From the NCBI GenBank assembly GCA_022827095.1, contig JAJDTP010000021.1, positions 258,771-322,770 on the forward strand: 64,000 nt of DNA. Reading direction: 5' to 3'. Source of the stretch: Dehalococcoidia bacterium. GTDB lineage: Bacteria > Chloroflexota > Dehalococcoidia > Lucifugimonadales > UBA3495. The position numbers were made by a program, and so were the translations under genes. Positions 44,567 through 52,624 of this stretch are shown piece by piece. The notes below the pieces were generated by a model that was given only the letters and a program-made list of their open reading frames with translations, did not search any database and had not been told where the DNA came from. The stretch's first letter is position 1, and each line of letters starts with the position of its first letter.

Positions 44567-44690
44567 GATTAGATACCTGGAATTATGATCGGGGTGGACG
44601 GTGCGTATGTCAATGCGGCGGTTTGACTAGGGCCGGCGGCTGCCCATACAATGCGGCCAATTGAACAGCGCAACAGGAGCGACGAATCCC

Positions 44691-45551
44691 ATGGCTTACC
44701 AGTACATTCTGTCCGACAAAGAACGTGTCTCAAAGTGGGAAGGCAGCGGCGACCGGCGCCGCGAGGTGGTGGGGCACGTGGCGTTTTTGACGATGAACCG
44801 GCCGGAAGTGCTGAACGCCATGAACCGGCAGTTGACGGAAGAGCTGCACGACGCCGTGCGGTGCGCCAACGAGGATCCGGAGATCGGGTGCATCGTGATC
44901 ACTGGCACAGACACGCATCCGCGAGTACCGGCGTTCACGGCGGGCGGCGATATCCACGAGCAACGGGAGGACCAGGCTGCGCTCAATGCGGGCACGCTGA
45001 CCCGGGATGGCATGGACGAACGCGCCACGCGGCGACAACGGGGTGGCTACGAAGTCAGCGCCTCGGACAAGCCGGTAATCGGAATGATCAACGGGCTGGC
45101 CTACGGCGGCGGCGCGGTACTGTCCTCATCGCTGGACATCCGCATCGGATCGGACGCCGCCCGGTTCCGGTTCCTGGCGGCGGCATACGGCCGGATCAAC
45201 TCAACGTGGACGCTCACCAACCAGGTGGGCTGGCCGCAGGCGAAGGAACTGCTGTTCACGGCCAGGATCGTGGAAGCGGAAGAGGCCTACCGTATTGGGC
45301 TGCTCAACCACCTGGTGCCGACCTACCGGTTGCGACAGAAGACGATGGAAGTGGCCACAGAGATCGCCACCAACGACACGCCCTCGGTGGTTGGTATCAA
45401 GCGTTTGCTGCTGCAGCACAAGGGCGAGAGCCTGGAGCAGCAGTGGATGAACGAGAAGGATTTCACCACCAACGTGCTGCGGGGGACCCTGGCGGAAGAA
45501 GCGTTCCCCGACTTCCTGGCGCGGCGGGGGCGACCGGTGCGCGGCGCTTAG
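44691..45551 (+). CDS. enoyl-CoA hydratase/isomerase (crotonase) family
   Basis: VAFLTMNRPEVLNAMN, FTAGGDI, INGLAYGGG. AGGAG before ATG 44691. Confidence 0.85.
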   Translation: MAYQYILSDKERVSKWEGSGDRRREVVGHVAFLTMNRPEVLNAMNRQLTEELHDAVRCANEDPEIGCIVITGTDTHPRVPAFTAGGDIHEQREDQAALNAGTLTRDGMDERATRRQRGGYEVSASDKPVIGMINGLAYGGGAVLSSSLDIRIGSDAARFRFLAAAYGRINSTWTLTNQVGWPQAKELLFTARIVEAEEAYRIGLLNHLVPTYRLRQKTMEVATEIATNDTPSVVGIKRLLLQHKGESLEQQWMNEKDFTTNVLRGTLAEEAFPDFLARRGRPVRGA

Positions 45552-45576
45552 GTCACACCACCTGGTCACATGCAAA

Positions 45577-45602
45577 AGCCCTCCCCGGACGTGGGGAGGG
45601 CT
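45577..45602. terminator. bidirectional rho-independent terminator candidate
   Basis: AGCCCTCCCC-ggacgt-GGGGAGGGCT, with CTTTCTTG on the plus strand and TTTTGCATG on the minus strand. Confidence 0.6.
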
Positions 45603-45626
45603 CTTTCTTGTCCAAGTAATGGCAAC

Positions 45627-45899
45627 TCAGCGGATGTTGCGGTGCCTGTGCTCGGGGTTTTCGTTGAGTTCAGCGGTATCTCCGCTCCACCTGGTATTGC
45701 CCTCGGCGTCAATGATGGTATAGGCCACGGGCGAGGAGGCAGGAGGACAATCACCGGGCATCGCGTAGTTGAGGTAACGGCTGGTGAGCGTGTTGGCGAT
45801 GGGCTGGAACGGGGACAATACGCGGGCTACAAAAGGCTTGTCCAGTACGTTCACCAGGACCCGGTTGAACTGATTAACTCCGCTGTGAATGATAGTCAT
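45627..45899 (-). CDS. hypothetical protein
   Basis: 90 aa from ATG 45897-45899 with GGAGG upstream. The track's 170-aa version extends through the MITE-like repeat and is rejected. Confidence 0.45.
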   Translation of the reverse strand: MTIIHSGVNQFNRVLVNVLDKPFVARVLSPFQPIANTLTSRYLNYAMPGDCPPASSPVAYTIIDAEGNTRWSGDTAELNENPEHRHRNIR

Positions 45900-45981
45900 A
45901 GCGCCCTCCGGTCGAAGCTTAATCGTTGAGCTTCGACAATTCTCATTATACGTGAATAGAGGGCCGAATAGCAGCCGGACG

Positions 45982-46115
45982 CTCACGCGTACCCGGTTGG
46001 TCATCGCGAGGAGCGCAGCGACGTGGCGATCTCGTTCCCACCGCCGAGTGCGTTGTCCTAACGAGATTGCCGCGCTTCGCTCGCAATGACAGTTCCAGCA
46101 AAACCGAGTACGAGT
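45982..46115. mobile_element. MITE-like element, copy B
   Basis: 134 bp starting CTCACGCGTACCC, with internal arms GTCATCGCGAGGAGCGCAGCGACGTGGCGATC and GAGATTGCCGCGCTTCGCTCGCAATGAC. Flanked by a perfect 13-bp direct repeat TAGCAGCCGGACG (45969-45981 and 46116-46128). Confidence 0.7.
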
Positions 46116-46198
46116 TAGCAGCCGGACGATCTTTCGCACGGCAACCGGGGACAGCGGCCGCCCGCCACGATGTCCTCAAAGCATCCGCTCTGGCGAAG

Positions 46199-46813
46199 TC
46201 AGGCGTCCAGTGTGCCTTTAGTACTGGGCACCTGGCCGGCGGCGCGGGGGTCGGGCTCGACGGCGTCGCGGAGGGCGCGGGCCAAGGCCTTGCACAGCGC
46301 TTCCGCTTTGTGATGGGGACTGACGCCGGCCAGCACCCGGGCGTGCAGGTTGATGCGGGCCTCGATGGCGAATGACTCGAGGAAATGGGCGACCAGGTCA
46401 CCGGAGAGGGTTTCGACCATGCTGTCGTTGAGGGTGGTGTCAACGGCAACGTAGGGGCGGCCGCTCCAGTCGACGGCCACCATCACCAGCGTCTCATCGA
46501 GCGGGACGATGGAGTGTCCCATGCGACGGATGCCGCGCGGCTCGCCCAGGGCCTGGCCGAAGGCGCGGCCCAGCATGATGGCGGTGTCCTCGACGAGGTG
46601 ATGCCACCCGACGTGGGTGTCGCCCTGGGCTTTCAGGGTGATGTCGAACAGTCCGTGGCGGGCGATCTGGCTGACCATGTGATCGAGGAAGCCGTTGCCG
46701 GTGTCAACCTCGTAACGGCCCTGCCCGTCCAGGTCCACGGAGATGGAGATGCTGGTTTCTGCGGTGAATCGCTCCAGGGAGGCGGTGCGCTGCAATGGGT
46801 CGGACATCGCCAT
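46199..46813 (-). CDS. hisB: imidazoleglycerol-phosphate dehydratase
   Basis: RFTAETSISISVDLDG...GFLDHM...GDTHVGWHHLVED...HHKAEALCKALARAL. Start at ATG 46811-46813, just after the hisC stop. Confidence 0.9.
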   Translation of the reverse strand: MAMSDPLQRTASLERFTAETSISISVDLDGQGRYEVDTGNGFLDHMVSQIARHGLFDITLKAQGDTHVGWHHLVEDTAIMLGRAFGQALGEPRGIRRMGHSIVPLDETLVMVAVDWSGRPYVAVDTTLNDSMVETLSGDLVAHFLESFAIEARINLHARVLAGVSPHHKAEALCKALARALRDAVEPDPRAAGQVPSTKGTLDA

Positions 46814-46814
46814 G

Positions 46815-47909
46815 CTAGTCCACCCCGAGGACAGCGCGGAATCCGGAGACCACCGCGTCGGTTTCCTCGGGTTTGCCGACGCTGGAGCGGATGTAATCGC
46901 GCAGCAGTTCGTTGTCGAAGTAGCGGAGGAAAACGCCGCGGCGGCACATGGCTTCATACACTTCCAGACCGCGCCCGTCAGGCATCTTGCAGAGGATGAA
47001 GTTCGCCTGGGAGGGCCAGACGGTGATGCCGGGAATTTCGCACAGCAGGCGGTACATGCGACCGCGTTCCTTGACAATGGCGTCCACGCGGTCCAGAAGG
47101 TGAGCGGTGTCGGAAAGGGAGGCCAGCAACGCGATTTCGGCAGCGAGATTTACATTGTACGGAGGCTTCATGCCCATCATTGTGGCGGCCAGCTCGGCAT
47201 CCATAGCGCCGGCGCCGATACGGAGGCCGGCCAGGCCGGCCCACTTGCTGAAAGTCCGGAGGACGACGAGGTTCCGGTACTCGGACAGCAGCGGCATCAG
47301 CGTCTGACCGCAGAAGTCGTAGTAGGCCTCATCAGAAACCACCAGCAGGCCAGTGTCGAGCAATGCGCGGGCCTGCGCTTCGGTGACCACGTTGCCCGTG
47401 GGGTTGTTGGGCGTGGGAAAGAAGATCGCCTTGGTACGTGGAGTTATCGCGCCCTGGATCGCCTCAATGTCGATGTCGAAGTTCTGGTCGCGCGGGACCG
47501 ATACAGCTTCGGCTCCAGCCACGTCGGCGGAGAAGGAGTACATGCCAAAGGTCGGAACGGGGATGATGATCTCGTCGCCGGGAGCAAGGAACATCCGCAT
47601 GAGGAGGTCGATGATCTCGTCGCTGCCATTGCCGGCCACGATGTTGTCCTCGGAGACGCCGAGGTAGTCGGACAGGGCGGCACGGAGGCGACGCTGGGCC
47701 GGGTCGGGGTAATGGTTGTAGTCGCGAAAACCGCCCAACGCCTCGGCCACCTGCGGCGATGGGCCGTAGGGGTTCTCGTTACCGTTGAGCCGGATGACCT
47801 GCTCCAAGGGGATGCCGGCTTCTTCGGCCAGCGTTTCGCTAGGGGACACGCCCTGGTAGGTCTTCAAGCGACTGATGTGGGGGAGCAACAGTTCTTCGAT
47901 GTCAGGCAT
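46815..47909 (-). CDS. hisC: histidinol-phosphate aminotransferase
   Basis: IRLNGNENPYGPSP, DEAYYDF, and TFSKWAGLAGLRIG (PLP Lys). ATG 47907-47909. Confidence 0.9.
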   Translation of the reverse strand: MPDIEELLLPHISRLKTYQGVSPSETLAEEAGIPLEQVIRLNGNENPYGPSPQVAEALGGFRDYNHYPDPAQRRLRAALSDYLGVSEDNIVAGNGSDEIIDLLMRMFLAPGDEIIIPVPTFGMYSFSADVAGAEAVSVPRDQNFDIDIEAIQGAITPRTKAIFFPTPNNPTGNVVTEAQARALLDTGLLVVSDEAYYDFCGQTLMPLLSEYRNLVVLRTFSKWAGLAGLRIGAGAMDAELAATMMGMKPPYNVNLAAEIALLASLSDTAHLLDRVDAIVKERGRMYRLLCEIPGITVWPSQANFILCKMPDGRGLEVYEAMCRRGVFLRYFDNELLRDYIRSSVGKPEETDAVVSGFRAVLGVD

Positions 47910-47929
47910 GAGCGAACGATCCAAGTGTG

Positions 47930-49264
47930 TTAGCGGGTTTGCGTGGCGGCGATGTGGTCGAGGCGGGCTTGCACTGCGCCGGCGTGGCCCGGCAGACCCT
48001 CGGCCTCGGCGATACGGACGGCAGCGGCACCCAGGTCCGTAAACCGCTGGGGGCTGAGGCCGACCACCGGCATGGTGCGCAGGAAGTGGTGGACACTCAA
48101 GGCCGAACTGAACCGCGCCGTGCCGCCGGTGGGCATCACGTGGGACGGGCCGGCGATGTAATCGCCCATCACCTCGGGCGAGAACTCGCCGAGGAAGAGG
48201 CCACCAGCATTGCGCACCTGTCCAGCCCAGGCCCATGGGTCGGCCACCATGAGGCAGAGGTGCTCGGGCGCGATGTGGTTGGCGACGGCGATGGCCTCGT
48301 CGAAGTCGTCCACCGCCACGACGCAGCCCTGCCGTTCCAGCGATTGGCGAATGGTTTCGGCGCGGGGGTTATCGGCGATTTGCGAGTCCAACTCAGCTTC
48401 CACCGCGTCAATCAGGGGTTGGGAGTCGGTGACAAGTATGGCCGAGGCCATAGGGTCGTGCTCGGCCTGGGCGATAAGATCGGCGGCGCAGAACACCGGA
48501 TTGGCGGTTGCGTCGGCCAGGAGGATGGTCTCGGTGGGGCCGAACACGCCGTCGATGTCCACCTGGCCCTGGACCATGCGCTTGGCATAGGCCACGAAGA
48601 CGTTGCCGGGGCCGCAGATCTTATCGACCTTGCGGATGGACTCAGTGCCGTAGGCCAGCGCGCCGATGGCGGGAACGCCGCCGACCTGGTAGACCGCATC
48701 CACGCCGGCGATGCGGGCAGCGGCGAGGACGGTGGCGTTCAACGGTTCCTGGCCACGGCGGGGCGTAGCCAGCACTACCTCGCTGACCCCGGCGACGCGC
48801 GCCGGTATGGCGGTCATCAGGACGGTGGATGGATAGGCCGCAGTGCCGCCGGGGGCGTACAAGCCGACCCGCTCCAGCGGTCGCACCAGTTCGCCCAAGC
48901 CGCCACCCAAGTCCACCCAGTCACGGGGCAAGGTGGCCTCGTGGAATTCGGTGATACGACGGGCGGCCAATTCCAGAGCCCGCTTGAGGTCGGCGGGGGT
49001 CGTGTCCCAGGCGGCGTCAAGATCGGATTCGGGCACTTCCAGGGTTTCCAGATGGGCACCATCTAGGAGGCCAGCGTAACGACGAACGGCGGTGTCGCCA
49101 TCCGCGCGGACCTCGCGGAGCATCTGCAATACGGACGACTCCGGTGTCGCGTCCGCGCCGAACAGATCGCGAGTGCGCTGCAGGACAGGCTCGGGAAGGG
49201 ACGACAGATCCAGGGGGTCGATACGGGTCAAAACCGATTCGGCGGCGGACAACCCGCGCACCAT
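47930..49264 (-). CDS. hisD: histidinol dehydrogenase
   Basis: GLYAPGGTAAYPSTVLM, AQAEHD, and HLCL motifs. Start is either ATG 49262-49264 or GTG 49274-49276. Confidence 0.9.
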   Translation of the reverse strand: MVRGLSAAESVLTRIDPLDLSSLPEPVLQRTRDLFGADATPESSVLQMLREVRADGDTAVRRYAGLLDGAHLETLEVPESDLDAAWDTTPADLKRALELAARRITEFHEATLPRDWVDLGGGLGELVRPLERVGLYAPGGTAAYPSTVLMTAIPARVAGVSEVVLATPRRGQEPLNATVLAAARIAGVDAVYQVGGVPAIGALAYGTESIRKVDKICGPGNVFVAYAKRMVQGQVDIDGVFGPTETILLADATANPVFCAADLIAQAEHDPMASAILVTDSQPLIDAVEAELDSQIADNPRAETIRQSLERQGCVVAVDDFDEAIAVANHIAPEHLCLMVADPWAWAGQVRNAGGLFLGEFSPEVMGDYIAGPSHVMPTGGTARFSSALSVHHFLRTMPVVGLSPQRFTDLGAAAVRIAEAEGLPGHAGAVQARLDHIAATQTR

Positions 49265-49265
49265 C

Positions 49266-50036
49266 TTAAGTCGCACTGAGAAACTCCCGGGCTTGGGCCT
49301 TGGTTTCGTCGATAACCCGCTGTCGGTAGGTTTCGATGTATTCGTGGGGGATCCGTTCGTACACGCGCTCCAGGCTCTGGGGCATGTTTTCCAGGAATCC
49401 GTCTACAACCTGCTGCACCTCGTCGTTTTCGCGATACATGCGGTTGAGGGCGCGCTTGAGGCGTTCCCAGGTGAAATCCCAACCGAGCAGCCGCGCCACC
49501 CAGCCGCGCCATTCGTCGATCAGCTCTTCCTCAAGGAATTGCAGGGCCGGCATCTGGTCGATCGCGGCGATGGCGTCATTCTCGGCGACGAGGCGGGCGT
49601 TTTCGTCCAGGACGACACGGTCCATATCCAGTTGGAGCGCACGGTCCCAGATGTGCGACTCGATTTCAGTGTCAGTGACACGGCTATCGGGCGAGAAGTG
49701 AGGGCGGAACATGGTGGTGATCCACATCTCGTCGGCCACCAGATGGCTCACGTAGCCCAAAAGGAAGGACCTGGTCTGGGGCGACAAGCCATTGTCGGAG
49801 CCGGCCAGGTGCGGGTGCAGCGCAAACATTTTTTCGACGCTGGAGCCGACGTGGCTGACCGATAGGTCGGAGAAGTGGGTGCGGGCTCGGTCCCACTTGG
49901 TCATAGCGCGGATATCCGGGGCAGTCGACCCCAGGTACGCAGCACCGGAATGGTCGTGGACGTAGCCCCAATCCAGATCAATGGCCACTTGCTGGCACAC
50001 GTAGATGTGCATGGGGAGGTTAGGCATGGTCGACAT
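49266..50036 (-). CDS. zinc-dependent phospholipase C-like / hypothetical metal-hydrolase family protein embedded in the his operon
   Basis: 256 aa. MHIYVCQQVA..., YLGSTAPDI, and GYVSHLVADE are His/Asp-rich motifs resembling the PLC-like Zn family (low certainty). Overlaps the hisG stop. Confidence 0.6.
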   Translation of the reverse strand: MSTMPNLPMHIYVCQQVAIDLDWGYVHDHSGAAYLGSTAPDIRAMTKWDRARTHFSDLSVSHVGSSVEKMFALHPHLAGSDNGLSPQTRSFLLGYVSHLVADEMWITTMFRPHFSPDSRVTDTEIESHIWDRALQLDMDRVVLDENARLVAENDAIAAIDQMPALQFLEEELIDEWRGWVARLLGWDFTWERLKRALNRMYRENDEVQQVVDGFLENMPQSLERVYERIPHEYIETYRQRVIDETKAQAREFLSAT

Positions 50037-51039
50037 CCTGCCCGTTGAGCGAAGCGATTCGGTCCATGAAACCGGCGAATGCCTGGGATTCGCCCTTGAA
50101 CAGGTAAGACAGTTGGGCGGCGGCGATATCGACCCCGCCGCACTCGCGCAGGTGGGTCACGGCGTCTAACAGGCGGTTCTTGCGGATTAACAGGGAGACG
50201 GCGTACCAGTCTTCTTCCTCAACGCTGAATACGCGGGCGACGGTGGGGCCCTGGATACCCGCGATTTCGGGGCGCGCGAGAATCATGGCGCTCACGTCCT
50301 CGGCCGAACGGCCCTGGACGTTGGCGGTGATGCGGTAGTACGGGTCGGCGCGGAGGTGGGCCTCCAGCATCTCGGTGAAGGAGCGGGCGAGTTCGAGGTC
50401 GGCGGGGCAGCCGGTCAGCGCGGATGGGTTGGCGATGAGGCAGGCCTGAGAGGAGAGGATCGTGCCGCCGTCGAGGGTCTTCAGCCGGTTCTCACGGAGC
50501 GTGGTTCCGGTGGCCGACAGGTCGGCGATGAGGTCGGCGTATCCGGCGATGGGCGCGGCTTCCAGGGTGCCGCTGGCGGGCACCAGGGTGAAGTAGTTAA
50601 TTCCGCGCTCGAACAAGTAGCGGCGCAGCAATCGCGGGTACTTGGTGGCGATTCGGAGTTGTTGGCCGCGCTCGTGGAAGTCCAGGGCCAGATCGGCCAG
50701 GTCGTCGATGGATGTTACGTCAAGCCAGGAGTCGGGCACCGCCAGCACATAGTCGCATCCGCCAAAGCCCAGATCCTCCATGACGGGGATCACCGCGTCG
50801 TCGCCGTGGCGATATTCCATCAGCCGGTCCAGGCCGGTGATGCCCATCTCTGCGCTGCCCTCCTCCACCTTGGTGGTGATGTCGGCGGTGCGCTGGAAAA
50901 GCACGTCGATGCCGGGCAGAGACGGGATGGATCCGGTATACCGGCGGGAGTTGGGCCGGTTCACCTTGACACCACAGGAGGCCAGGAACCTCATCGTGGG
51001 TTCACCCAATTCGCCGTCGCTTGGTATGACGAGTCTCAA
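50020..51039 (-). CDS. hisG: ATP phosphoribosyltransferase, long form with C-terminal regulatory domain
   Basis: 339 aa. LVIPSDGELGEPTMRFLASCG, IADLSATGTTLRENRL, plus a HisG_C-like region (GPTVARVFSVEEEDWYAVSLLIRKNRLLDAVTHLRECGG). TTG start with GGAG 8 nt upstream. Confidence 0.85.
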   Translation of the reverse strand: MRLVIPSDGELGEPTMRFLASCGVKVNRPNSRRYTGSIPSLPGIDVLFQRTADITTKVEEGSAEMGITGLDRLMEYRHGDDAVIPVMEDLGFGGCDYVLAVPDSWLDVTSIDDLADLALDFHERGQQLRIATKYPRLLRRYLFERGINYFTLVPASGTLEAAPIAGYADLIADLSATGTTLRENRLKTLDGGTILSSQACLIANPSALTGCPADLELARSFTEMLEAHLRADPYYRITANVQGRSAEDVSAMILARPEIAGIQGPTVARVFSVEEEDWYAVSLLIRKNRLLDAVTHLRECGGVDIAAAQLSYLFKGESQAFAGFMDRIASLNGQDVDHA

Positions 51040-51054
51040 GGCGGTGCTCCGTGT

Positions 51055-52464
51055 TTACACCGTAACTGTCCGCGCAAAATCGGTCGCGACGCTGTTTCCA
51101 CCCACGTCCAGAACGGCGATGTCGCCCCGGTCGCGGATGTCGGCGGCGGCGCGCAAGGCGGCGGCGTTGGAGTCTTCAGCAAGGGGAGAAACAAAGACCG
51201 CGCCGTGGTCAGGATGCTTCTGATCAGCTTCAGGCATCGCGACAAGCAGCGCTTCCAGCGTGCACGCGAAGCCCAGGGCAGGCACGGCAGTCGCGCAGCC
51301 GAGGGCGCGAGCCAAAGCGTCGTACCGTCCGCCGCCGCCCAGTGAAGCATCGTCGTCGCCTCGAACGAGGTCGAAAATAATGCCGTTGTAGTAGGCGATA
51401 CCGCGAGCCAGCGAGAAATCGATTTCCAATCGCCCAGACACCGCTGGGTCCCCGCTGATGAGGGCTGTAAATTCGATGAGCCGGTCGATGGCCTGGGTGT
51501 CCGCCCCGGCCGCGGCGACGATGGATTGCGCCTGGGAAAGCGCGCTGGAGGGATCGCCCTTGACGCCGGCAAGTTGGCCGGCCAGAGCGAGCCCACGTTC
51601 GACGGCGTCAGAGGCGTCGCCGCCGCGCAACTTGCGCAGGAGGCGGTCGACGATTTCGTCGGGCGAACGACGACCCAGGGGCATATCGGCAGAAGTGTTC
51701 CAGCGCATGAAACCGGTCAGCACGGAGCGGGCCGCGCCGTCGGGAAGCCCGTTGACTGCGACTGCCAGGTGCTTCTCCTCCTCGGGCAGGCCAATTCCTG
51801 AGACGACGTGTAACTCGGCGGCACGCTGCAGGGTGGATGCCAGGCTGTCGCGTCCCTCGCCGATGCGGTTCATGTTGGCCACGATGAACTCACGGGCGCG
51901 GTCGGAAAGTCCGACGGTGTCCAGCACGCTGTCCAGAACGTCGAGGTCGGCCAGGCGGATGCGATAATCGGGGATCCCCAAATGGTCGGGAATCCCGGCA
52001 GCCAATGTCACGAGTTCGGCGTCGGCGAGGATGTTGTTGGACCCGACCAGCTCGGCGCCGACCTGGGTGAACTGACCGGTGTCGGCGGCACTGCCGGTAT
52101 CGTACCGGAAGACCGGGCCGCAGTATTGCCAGCGAACTAAGGGAGGCTCGTCGCTGTTCCCATTGATCTCCAGGTAATGCCGCATGATCGCGGACGTGAA
52201 CTCGGGCCGCAGACTGACCGCGTTGGAGCCGGGATCAACAAAGGAGTACATCTGGGAGGCCAGGTCGCCGCCGGATTTGCGCAGGAAAAGCTCGGTGGTC
52301 TCCAGCACCGGGACTTCCAGCGCAGAGTAGCCGAAGCGGCCGATGAAATCGGCAAGGCGGCGCTCCACGTCATGCTTGCGTTGGCGTGCGCCGGCGTCGA
52401 AATCACGCATGCCGGGCAGGCGGCGCACCGGGTTAGGACGTACGGGAAGAGCGGCGGAAATCAT
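51055..52464 (-). CDS. hisZ: HisRS paralogue, HisZ-like (ATP-PRT regulatory subunit candidate) retaining a C-terminal anticodon-binding-like domain
   Basis: GMRDF, LRPEFTSAI, and GGGRYDAL are present. The motif-2 loop is degenerate (FRYDTGSAADTGQFTQ lacks the conserved Arg residues of catalytic HisRS). 469 aa. Confidence 0.65.
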   Translation of the reverse strand: MISAALPVRPNPVRRLPGMRDFDAGARQRKHDVERRLADFIGRFGYSALEVPVLETTELFLRKSGGDLASQMYSFVDPGSNAVSLRPEFTSAIMRHYLEINGNSDEPPLVRWQYCGPVFRYDTGSAADTGQFTQVGAELVGSNNILADAELVTLAAGIPDHLGIPDYRIRLADLDVLDSVLDTVGLSDRAREFIVANMNRIGEGRDSLASTLQRAAELHVVSGIGLPEEEKHLAVAVNGLPDGAARSVLTGFMRWNTSADMPLGRRSPDEIVDRLLRKLRGGDASDAVERGLALAGQLAGVKGDPSSALSQAQSIVAAAGADTQAIDRLIEFTALISGDPAVSGRLEIDFSLARGIAYYNGIIFDLVRGDDDASLGGGGRYDALARALGCATAVPALGFACTLEALLVAMPEADQKHPDHGAVFVSPLAEDSNAAALRAAADIRDRGDIAVLDVGGNSVATDFARTVTV

Positions 52465-52624
52465 CGGGGATTATTGTAGCACCTGCGCAGGCGGAATTGG
52501 CCAGGGGAGCGTTACGCCAGACGGAAGCCTGGGTGGACTTCGCGATCAGATCGTTGCGCTCGTTCTGCGATACAACTGAATCTATGCTTACAAACTATTC
52601 GGGGTCAAAGCACTGGCCAGCCGT

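Noticed and set aside
44651-45619. 322-aa plus-strand ORF overlapping the crotonase gene in another frame.
   Set aside because: The 44691-45551 frame carries the crotonase motifs and has a Shine-Dalgarno. The alternative frame is Arg/Gly-rich junk.
51055-52464. Calling this gene hisS (the housekeeping histidyl-tRNA synthetase).
   Set aside because: The motif-2 loop lacks the conserved Arg residues (FRYDTGSAADTGQFTQ), and the gene heads the his biosynthetic operon next to hisG. It is kept as HisZ-like, but with reduced confidence because of its HisRS-like length.
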